Assembly (NCBI RefSeq): GCF_006345805.1
Contig: NW_021824974.1
Location: forward strand, 1 to 16,949
Source of the DNA: Octopus sinensis
Taxonomy: Eukaryota
DNA: 16,949 nt
Reading direction: 5' to 3'
The position numbers were made by a program, and so were the translations under genes. This document shows positions 1-8,004 of the stretch, one piece after another. How positions within the stretch are numbered: position 1 is the first letter of the stretch; every line of letters starts with the position of its first letter. The notes under the pieces are model-generated. The model was not told the DNA's origin and searched no databases. It saw nothing but the letters and a program-made list of their open reading frames with translations.

Positions 1-71
1 GACGAGGGCAAGATAGCGGAGGCTGAGCTGGGCTTCATCAAAGCTGGACGACCTAAGGAGGCTGTTCTCAT
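1..71 (+). CDS. IFT172: IFT172 internal coding exon A (5'-truncated by window edge)
   Basis: Frame 1 reads DEGKIAEAELGFIKAGRPKEAVL(M), which matches the recalled IFT172 segment [25 protein letters not shown]. Donor AT|gtaagt at 72, phase 2. Confidence 0.93.
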
Positions 72-106
72 GTAAGTCTGCTTACCTGATCCCTGCTTTT
101 CTGGGG

Positions 107-680
107 CTTTCTTCTTCTTCTACTTCTTCTTCCTCCTTCTCCTCCTCCTCCTCCTCCTCCTCTACTTTTTCTGCTTCTTTTTCTTCTTCTTTTTCTTCTT
201 CCTCCTCCTCCTTCTCCTCCTCTTCTACTTTTTCTGCTTCTTTTTCTTCTTCTTTTTCTTCTTCCTCCTCCTCCTCCTCCTCCTCCTCCTCTTCTACTTT
301 TTCTGCTTCTTTTTCTTCTTCTTTTTCTTCTTCCTCCTTCTCCTCCTCCTCCTCCTCCTCACTTCTTCTTTTTCTTATTCTTCTTCCTCCTCCTTCTCCT
401 CCTCCTTCTCCTCCTCCTCCTCCTTCTCCTCCTCCTCTCCTTCTCTTCTCCTCCTCCTTCTCCTCCTCCTCCTCTTCTTTTTCTTCTTCCTCCTTCTCCT
501 CCTCCTCCTCCTCCTCCTCCTCTTCTTTTTCTTATTCCTCCTCCTCCTCCTTCTCCTCCTCTTCTTCTTCTCCTTCTTCTTCTCCTCTTTCTCCTCTCCT
601 CTTTCTCCTTCTCCTCCTCTTCTTCTTCTCCTTCTTCTCCTCCTCCTCATCTTCTCCTCCTCCTTCTCCTCCTCCTCCTT
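107..680 (+). repeat. (TCC)n/(TTC)n polypyrimidine tract with 3 higher-order copies of a 63-69 bp unit
   Basis: Almost purine-free on +. The motif ctactttttctgcttctttttcttcttctttttcttcttcctcc recurs at 162, 225 and 294. Confidence 0.95.
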
Positions 681-813
681 GGATCTGCTTCTTCCGGTGC
701 TGAGCTTGCAGGCCCACCGACTTTTCTGAATTTTATCTTTTACCCCGCTACTTACTTGTATTCCTTATCATCATCATCATCTTCATCATTATTATTCAAC
801 TTCTCTCTTCCAG

Positions 814-994
814 GTACATGCATAATAAAGACTGGGACTCTGCCCTGCGTATTGCTGAATCTCATGACCCTGAGCTCGTCACGGAGGTGCTTGTGGGTCA
901 GGCCCAGATTGCTTTCCAAGAAGAGGATTTCACACGTGCAGAGTCTCTCCTTCTCCGCGCTCATCAGCCAGAAAAGGCCATCGCCTTCTACAAG
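814..994 (+). CDS. IFT172: IFT172 coding exon B
   Basis: Acceptor ttctctcttccag ends at 813. Reads (M)YMHNKDWDSALRIAESHDPELVTEVLVGQAQIAFQEEDFTRAESLLLRAHQPEKAIAFYK. Donor AAG|gtaagc at 995. 181 nt, phase 2 to 0. Confidence 0.95.
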
Positions 995-1033
995 GTAAGC
1001 TTGTTTTCCTTTGCAGTCTCTCGCATGTTTTAA

Positions 1034-1376
1034 GGCGGTGAGATGGCGGAAATGCAAGTTTGCCAGGTGAAACACTTAGCGGTATTTCGTTTGTAAAGGC
1101 CGCGAGCTGACAGAAAGGTTAGCACACCGGGTGAAATGCTTAGTGGTATTTCGTCTGCCACTATGTTCTGAGTTCAAATTCCACCGAGGTCGACTTTGCC
1201 TTTCATCCTTTCGGGGTCAATAAAATAAGTACCAGTTACGCACTGGGGTCGATGTAATCGACTTAATACCTATGTCTGTCCTTGTTTGTCCCCCTCTGTG
1301 TTTAGCCCCTTGTGGGTAATAAAGAAATAGGTATTTCGTCTGCCACTACGTTCTGAGTTCAAATTCCACCGAGGTC
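1034..1376 (+). mobile_element. tRNA-derived SINE, family A (Meta-domain-like core), with partial head duplications on both sides
   Basis: B-box-like gagttcaaattcc and core gactttgcctttcatcctttcggggtc...aagtaccagt, shared with copies at 5888 and 7050. Extra head fragments at 1034-1091 and 1329-1376. Confidence 0.8.
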
Positions 1377-1559
1377 ATCCTTTTTTTTCAATATTTTTTT
1401 ATTTTACAGCTTACGTTTGATGTCCCCTTAATGTTCCTCGACCTGGCCAACCTACCTGCATCTCTCTGTAGCGTTGGTCAACTTTTTGTACCTGTCTGTT
1501 GATGTTCCGGGTCGCCCAAAGTGACGAGCGTTTTAATTTCTGCTGTTTGTCTCTTGCAG

Positions 1560-1669
1560 AAACACGAGATGTGGCAGGACGCCCTTCGCCTGTGCCAACA
1601 GTACCTGCCGAACAAACTGGGAGCTGTACAGGAAGAATTTGAGCAGGCGCAAATGAGCAAGTCCTCCAG
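1560..1669 (+). CDS. IFT172: IFT172 coding exon C
   Basis: Acceptor ctcttgcag. Reads KHEMWQDALRLCQQYLPNKLGAVQEEFEQAQMSKSS(R). Donor CAG|gtacgt at 1670. 110 nt, phase 0 to 2. Confidence 0.93.
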
Positions 1670-1771
1670 GTACGTTTATAATGTCATTTGTGATTACAGG
1701 TGAGTTCACCGTCATCAATTCACCACAGGAAAACTCACCGTGAGGAAAGTTTACCAAGAAAATATATATAT

Positions 1772-2529
1772 AGGCACAGGAGTGGCTGTGTGGTAAGTAG
1801 CTTGCTAACCAGCCACATGGTTCCGGGTTCAGTCCCACTGCGTGGCACCTTGGGCAAGTGTCTTCTACTATAGCCCCGAGCCGACCAAAGCCTTGTGAGT
1901 GGATTTGGTAGACAGAAACTGAAAGAAGCCCGTCGTATATATATGTATAGGCACAGGAGTGGCTGTGTGGTAAGTAGCTTGCTTACCAACCACATGGTTC
2001 CGGATTCAGTCCCACTGCGTGGCACCTTGGGCAAGTGTCTTCTACTATAGCCCTCGAGCCGACCAAAGCCTTGTGAGTGGATTTGGTAGACGGAAACTGA
2101 AAGAAGCCCGTCGTATATATATGTATAGGCGCAGGAGTGGCTGTGTGGTAAGTAGCTTGCTTACCAACCACATGGTTCCGGATTCAGTCCCACTGCGTGG
2201 CACCTTGGGCAAGTGTCTTCTACTATAGCCCCGGGCCGACCAAAGCCTTGTGAGTGGATTTGGTAGACAGAAACTGAAAGAAGCCCATTGTATATATATA
2301 CATGTATATATATATATATGTGTGTCTGTGTTTGTCAGCCCAAAATCGCTTGACAACCGATGCTGGTGTGTTTACGTCCCCGTCACTTAGCAGTTCGGCA
2401 AAAGAGACCGATAGAATAAGTACTGGGCTTACAAAGAATAAGTCCTGGGGCCGATTTTCTCGACTAAAGGCGGTGCTCCAGCATGGCCGCAGTCAAAATG
2501 ACTGAAACAAGTAAAAGAGTAAAAGAGTA
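1772..2529 (+). mobile_element. SINE family B (tRNA-like head + CORE-like accttgggcaagtg + (TA)n + tail): three tandem heads and one tail
   Basis: Heads start at 1772, 1949 and 2127 (period 177-178). Tail cgcttgacaaccgatgctgg...gactgaaacaagtaaa at about 2345-2529. Same layout as the single copy at 14201. Confidence 0.85.
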
Positions 2530-2812
2530 TAGCATCTTGCCGTTAATGGCTAAAAACTATTTTATTGAAAAAAAAAACAACAAACAAACAAAAAGAGGTG
2601 AATTTGTGACAGTGAACTTACTGCACATGGTCATGTGATTTTATGTAGTTTGAGTGAGATTTGGCTGCTATTTCTACAAAGTCTAGCTACAACATAGAGG
2701 TCTCCCATGTTGGCTCATACACACGTGTTTATATAAAAATGACAGTAGGGCGTGATCTGAGAGAGATTTGCCTGCTATTTCTACCAGGTCTACTTCCTAC
2801 ATAGAGATCTCC

Positions 2813-3004
2813 AGCCAGCCTCGTCTGGCACCTGTGCCAGTGGCACATAAAAAGCACCCACTACACTCACGGAGTGGTTGGTGTTAGGAAAAGCATCCAG
2901 CCGTAGAAACATTGCAGCCTCCTGGCTTCCCAGACCCCAGTTGAACCGTCCAACCCATGCCAGCATGGAAAGTGGACGCTAAACGATGATGATGATGAGG
3001 ATGA
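2813..3004 (+). mobile_element. Retroposon 3' fragment, family D, ending in (GAT)n
   Basis: Ends ccgtccaacccatgccagcatggaaagtggacgctaaac(gat)n. The same tail occurs at 6304, 12186 (minus) and 16650 (minus). Confidence 0.75.
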
Positions 3005-3196
3005 TACAGATGACAGTAGGTGTGATTTGTTAGGGATTTGGCTGCTATTTCTAACCAGTCTAGCTACCACGTAGAGGCCTCCCTCATTGGCTCATACATA
3101 CATAAGTCAGTAGGGTGTGCTTTAAGGGAGATTTGGCTGCTATTTCTAACCAGTCTAGCTACCACGTAGAGGTCTCCCTCATTGGCTCATACATAC

Positions 3197-4322
3197 TGTT
3201 ACGGTTGGCTAGGTGCATTTCTGGTGACCCACTTAGGAATTATGGTTCCAGCATGTCTGGTAAAAATGTGACGGGTCCTTTGTCTACTGGGAGATTAATG
3301 AGACCTTTCTGGCCTTGTGCGGTCGATTGGAGGTCATTCTAAGCATCCCTTGAAGAAGTGAAGAGGAGGACAGATTAAGGGAATCTAAGAGCAGATGGAG
3401 AGGGTATTGACAGTAGGAGAGAAGGACAGGCAGAGAGTTTGGTACGGCTGTCATGAGAGAGATAGAGTATAAGACTAAGGGACAGATAGAGAGGCTAAGG
3501 GACAGTAGGCGATATAGATAGAGTAAGGAATCAGATAGCAAATAGAAAGACTATAAGTGGTAGATTAGAGGGAGTGGAAGACAGGACAAGGAAGTGAGGT
3601 TCTGGCAGTTCGCAGTTGGTCGTCAAGAAGGGCAGTCGCTGACCGGTCCTCGAAGAAGACAGACGGACCTTGGATTTAAGGAGCAAGCGTTGGAATTCTT
3701 AGGAGCAAGTTGGATGCGAGAAAGCTTGGCGGCACAGAAGGGATATGTACAGAGGAATTAGCAGTATTGAGAGGAATGGGACACTGGCAGATTCAATTAG
3801 GAATTGAGGTATGTGTTTGTGCATTGATATGTGTCACGGTGTATTGAACAGTGAAAAGAACAGTCAAGGACTCTGTCGATGTGGTCGATAAAGGACATTG
3901 TGAAGAAGAAGAGTAAGGACTTGTGTTGATTGTGATGTTTAGGAAGAGACTTTAAAGAACTGTTGTCTTGGGACGTGTACTCTTGAATTGTTACATGATG
4001 TTGTATTATGCTTTGAGTTGTACTCTTGAAATGCTGTTGTATTATGTATTGAGTAGTCACGTGCATGCTTGGATGTATCTTGATGTTGTAACAATTGTAA
4101 TTGTCGTATAAACTGTTGTTTGAATATAAGCCAGTGTTGCCAGTTGTTGCCTTGCCTCTTTGGGTTGTATCTCGGGTTGTGCCTCTGTATCTCTGTGCTG
4201 TTGAGGTTGTGGCAGTATCTATCTGTATCTCCTCTCTCCGCCTCTTTGGGTTCCGTGGCGGAACTTGTGTGAGCCGTTCGGGGCGAGCGACGACGGCGGG
4301 CGATTCCGTCCGTTCCGTAACA
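3197..4322. mobile_element. Solo LTR, probably Ty3/gypsy type
   Basis: Termini TGTTACGG (3197-3204) and CCGTAACA (4315-4322) form an 8-bp perfect inverted repeat with TG...CA ends. ATAC is duplicated at 3193-3196 and 4323-4326. Removing the insert restores a 95-bp satellite unit exactly. No gag/pol-like ORF. Confidence 0.85.
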
Positions 4323-4856
4323 ATACATAAGTCAGTAGGGTGTGATTTAAGGGAGATTTGGTTGCTATTTCTAACCAGTCTAGCTACCACGTAGAGGTCT
4401 CCCTCATTGGCTCATACGTACATACATATATACATACATAAGTCAGTAGGGTGTGATTTAAGGGAGATTTGGTTGCTATTTCTAACCAGTCTAGCTACCA
4501 CGTAGAGGCCTCCCTCATTGGCTCATACATACATAAGTCAGTAGGGTGTGCTTTAAGGGAGATTTGGCTGCTATTTCTAACCAGTCTAGCTACCACATAA
4601 GGCCTCCCTCATTGGCTCATACATACATAAGTCAGGGTGTAATTTAAGGGAGATCTGGTTGCTATTTCTAACCACTCTAGCTACCATATAGAGGTCTCCC
4701 TCATTAGCTCATACATACATATATACATATATAAGACAATAGGTTGTGATTTGAGGAAGATTTGACTGCTATTTCTAGCAGTTTTAGCTCGCATGTAGAG
4801 GATACCATCCTTGCTTTCTCCCTACTTCTCATTGTCCCCTTTCTGCTCTACTTCAG

Positions 4857-4992
4857 AGGTATTGAGACCATCATCCGTCAAGGCAGGGAGTGGGAGTCCA
4901 ACAAGGAGTTCAGCCGTGCCGTGGACTCTTACCTCAAGGTTTCTGAACTGGTCACCAATGATGTGAACATTATGATGAAATGTTGGCACAAG
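4857..4992 (+). CDS. IFT172: IFT172 coding exon D
   Basis: Acceptor ctctacttcag. Reads (R)GIETIIRQGREWESNKEFSRAVDSYLKVSELVTNDVNIMMKCWHK. Donor AAG|gtgaga at 4993. 136 nt, phase 2 to 0. Confidence 0.94.
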
Positions 4993-5110
4993 GTGAGACT
5001 TATAAAGGCAGTGGCCTCTTTAATCTGTCATCTATCCATCTGCTTCTCTGCCTCTCAGCCTGCTTGTCAGTCTGTCCGTCTGTCTGTCATTTTGCCTATC
5101 CATATATATA

Positions 5111-5523
5111 TATATAAAATTAAGGGTAGAAATTGATATTTATCAATTAAACCAGTGGTCTAGCATATTAATATGTGAGACCACTGGTTTTAATTGATAA
5201 ATATCAATTTCTACCCTTATTAATTTTATATAACATAAATATGTTCTCTAACCGGTAAATTGACTGCTGCTAATTATTAGCTGCAGGCTGGTTTTTCGGG
5301 TCTCAGCGCGCCAAAGTAAAGGCATTTGAAAGATACATTTGAATATAATCGGTTGAACTCCATGCATGCGATACTCTGGTATCGTTTTTGCATCTAGTCC
5401 AGCAAATTGTATTCATAACGGACCATGCTGACGAAGTTACAGTTATCCTTGTGGATAATAATAACCGAAACCGATCAGTACATGGGTAATTATTTTATTT
5501 CGTATATTTTCATTTGTCTTATT
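5111..5523 (+). mobile_element. Putative Penelope-like element fragment: fold-back end + hammerhead, flanked by (TA)n
   Basis: 122-bp palindrome at 5111-5232, hammerhead motif at 5423-5485, T-rich tail, (TA)n at 5102-5115 and 5524-5538. The PLE call is inferred from architecture only. Confidence 0.6.
5423..5485 (+). ncRNA. Minimal type I hammerhead ribozyme motif (HHR-1)
   Basis: Stem I ccatg (5423-27) pairs with catgg (5481-85). Core CTGACGA at 5428-34. Stem II gtta/taac with inner ttatcc-ttgt-ggataa hairpin. GAAAC at 5467-71, loop cgatca, GTA cleavage triplet at 5478-80. The base of stem II is an A.C mismatch. Confidence 0.72.
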
Positions 5524-5538
5524 TATATATATATATAT

Positions 5539-5547
5539 CCATCCATC

Positions 5548-5582
<35 letters not shown>

Positions 5583-5887
5583 CATGCATCCATCCACCCA
5601 TCCATCCATCTATTTCTGTCTGTCTGTCTGTCTGCCTATCTATCTACCTACCTACCTATCTATCTGTCTTGCTATCTATCTATCTATCTATCCGCCTGTC
5701 TGTCTATCTATCTATCTATCTATCTATCTACCTATCTATCTATTTCTCTGTCAATCTATCTATCTCATTTCTCTTTCTCTCTCTCTTTCTATCTACTTAC
5801 CTACCTACCTGTCTGTCTGTCTATCTATCAACTATCTATCTATATGTCTGTCTGTCTGTCTGTCTGTCTTTCCATCTGTCTATCTAC
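5539..5887. repeat. Compound tetranucleotide microsatellite (ATCC/ATCT/GTCT/ACCT)
   Basis: Directly visible; gives rise to the YLSI/IYLS ORF artefacts. Confidence 0.95.
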
Positions 5888-6104
5888 AGAGACGTTAGTA
5901 CGCCAGGCGAAATGCTTAGCGGTATTTCATCTGCCGTTACGTTCTGAGTTCAAATTCCGCCGAGGTCAACTTTGCCTTTCATCCTTTCGGGGTTGATTAA
6001 ATAAGTACCAGTTACGCACTGGGGTCGATATAATTGACTTAATTCCTTTGTCTGTCCTTGTTTGTCCCCTCTATGTTTAGCCCCTTGTGGGCAATAAAGA
6101 AATA
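5888..6104 (+). mobile_element. SINE family A, 5'-clipped copy
   Basis: Nearly colinear with 1097-1328, including the tail tttagccccttgtggg(c/t)aataaagaaata. Confidence 0.85.
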
Positions 6105-6151
6105 TATCTATATAAATATCTGTCTATTTATCTATCTATTTACGTAACCAG

Positions 6152-6250
6152 GCTGTAGATCTCTCTGTGAAATTCCTCGGACACAACCGGTCGGTGGAAG
6201 TGGTGGACAATGTAGCCTCACGCTTGGACACCATGGAGAAATACGCTATG
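6152..6250 (+). CDS. IFT172: IFT172 coding exon E
   Basis: Acceptor tttacgtaaccag. Reads AVDLSVKFLGHNRSVEVVDNVASRLDTMEKYAM, matching recalled AAELSIKFL... Donor ATG|gtaagt at 6251. 99 nt, phase 0 to 0. Not in the ORF track. Confidence 0.92.
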
Positions 6251-6303
6251 GTAAGTAGACAGAGCTGTGGGTACATGGCGGATGTATAGATGGACAGTCA
6301 AAA

Positions 6304-6440
6304 TCGTCCGACCCATGCTAGCATGAAAAGCGGATGTTAAACGATGATGATGATATATATCACTGTGATCACCGTGACCGACCAGCCTATCAGATGTTGC
6401 TACATATCGCTGGTCACAATGCGCTTCGCATGATGCGGAA
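6304..6440. mobile_element. Family D tail fragment followed by an unassigned repeat-like fragment
   Basis: cgtccgacccatgctagcatgaaaagcggatgttaaac(gat)n at 6304-6354. The identity of 6355-6440 is uncertain. Confidence 0.55.
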
Positions 6441-6595
6441 TACAGCTTGGGAAAGGAGATGGACATGTGCAATCACAGCATCATACTCTGCTTCTTTTTG
6501 TTTTTTTATTTGAATATTTCAACCGCGGCCATGCTGGAGCACTGCTTGGAAGATTTTAGTCAAACAAACTGACCCCTCTCTTTACTCTTTCCTCT

Positions 6596-6940
6596 TTTAC
6601 TTGTTTCAGTCATTTGAATGCGGCCATGCTGGAGCGCCGCCTTTAGTCGAGCAACTTGACCCTGGGACTTATTCTTTTGTAAGCCCAGTACTTACTCTAT
6701 CGATCTCTTTTGCCGAACCGCTAAGTAACGGGGACATAAACACACCAGCATCGGTTGTCAAGCAAAGCTAGAGGGACACGCACGCACACACACACACACA
6801 CACATACATATATACATATATATACGACGGGCTTCTTTCAGTTTCCATCTACCAAATCCACTCACAAGGCTTTGGTCGGCCCGAGGCTATAGTAGAAGAC
6901 ACTTGCCCAAGGTGCCACGCAGTGGGACTGAACCTGGAAC
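6596..6940 (-). mobile_element. SINE family B, 5'-truncated, antisense
   Basis: Reverse complement of the tail, (CA)n/(TA)n and CORE-like head seen at 14201-14646. Confidence 0.85.
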
Positions 6941-6961
6941 TCGGAAATAAGTACCCCTGTA

Positions 6962-7045
6962 CTTATTATTATTATATTATAATTATTATTATTATCATTA
7001 TCATCATCATTATTATTATTATTATTATTATTGTTGTAGTTGTTA
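6962..7045. repeat. (ATT)n/(ATC)n microsatellite
   Basis: Directly visible. Confidence 0.9.
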
Positions 7046-7049
7046 TTAA

Positions 7050-7626
7050 GGCAGTGAGCTGGCAGAATCGTTAGCATACCAGGCAAAATGCTTAGCAGCT
7101 TTTTGTCTGTCTTTACGTTCTGAGTTCAAATTCCACCGAGGTCGACTTTGCCTTTCATCCTTTCAGAGTCGATAAATTAAGTACCAGTTGCGTACTGGGG
7201 TCGATCTGATCAACTCGAACATTTCAGGCCTTGTGCCTAGAGTAGAAAAGAGCTGGCAGAAACATTAGTATGCCAGGTGAAATCTTAGTGGTATTTCACC
7301 TGTCTTTACGTTCTGAGTTCAAATTTCTCCGGGGGCGACTTTGCCTTTCATCCTTTCAGAGTCGATAAATTAAGTACCAGTTGCGTACTGGGGTCGATCT
7401 GATCAACTCGAACATTTCAGGCCTTGTGCCTAGAGTAGAAAAGAGCTGGCAGAAACATTAGTATGCCAGGTGAAATCTTAGTGGTATTTCACCTGTCTTT
7501 ACGTTCTGAGTTCAAATTTCTCCGGGGGCGACTTTGCCTTTCATCCTTTCAGGGTTAATAAATTAAGTACCAGTTGCGTACTGGGGTCGATCTATATACT
7601 TCAGGCGTTGTACCTAGAATAGAAAA
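7050..7626 (+). mobile_element. Three tandem family A SINEs (period 193-194)
   Basis: gagctggcaga at 7056, 7250 and 7443. cgactttgcc at 7143, 7336 and 7529. Confidence 0.9.
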
Positions 7627-7770
7627 CTATTTAGCTTTATGTTTGTTTTTTTTATATAAAATACAGATTTTTTTCTGTTTTATATCAGATTTTTTGAAAA
7701 CCATAAATCAGTCCTCAAATACCGTCCACATTGTGTATATATATATATGTGTGTGTATATATCTCTCTCT

Positions 7771-7975
7771 TTTACTTGTTTCAGTCATTTGACTGCGGCC
7801 ATGCTGGAGCACCGCCTTTAGTCGAGCAAATCGACCCCGGGACTTATTCTTTTGTAAGCCCAGTACTTATTCTATCGGTCTCTTTTGCCGAACCGCTTAG
7901 TGATGGGGACGTAAACACACCAGCATCGGTTGTCAAGCAATGCTAGGGGGACAAACACAGACACACAAACATACA
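7771..7975 (-). mobile_element. SINE family B tail, antisense
   Basis: tttacttgtttcagtcatttgactgcggccatgctggagcacc... is the reverse complement of the 2345-2529 tail. Confidence 0.85.
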
Positions 7976-8004
7976 CACACGCATACATATATATTGTTCG
8001 ACCC

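Larger units (their letters stand above)
2650..4805 (+). repeat. About 95-bp tandem repeat (family C), about 9 units, interrupted by two insertions
   Basis: Unit agtcagtagggtgtgatttaagggagatttgg(c/t)tgctatttctaaccagtctagctaccacgtagagg(t/c)ctccctcattggctcatacatacata at about 2650, 2740, 3012, 3105, 4330, 4441, 4536, 4630 and 4734. Outer units are the most diverged. Confidence 0.9.

Noticed and set aside
375-717. Poly-R/E/K ORFs on the minus strand
   Set aside because: Translations of the (TCC/TTC)n microsatellite.
3797-4390. 197-aa minus-strand ORF as a retroelement gene
   Set aside because: It crosses the LTR boundary into the satellite, is low-complexity T/Q/N-rich, and has no gag, protease, RT or integrase motif.
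5425-5996. 157-160 aa ORFs rich in YLSI/IYLS
   Set aside because: Tetranucleotide microsatellite translations.
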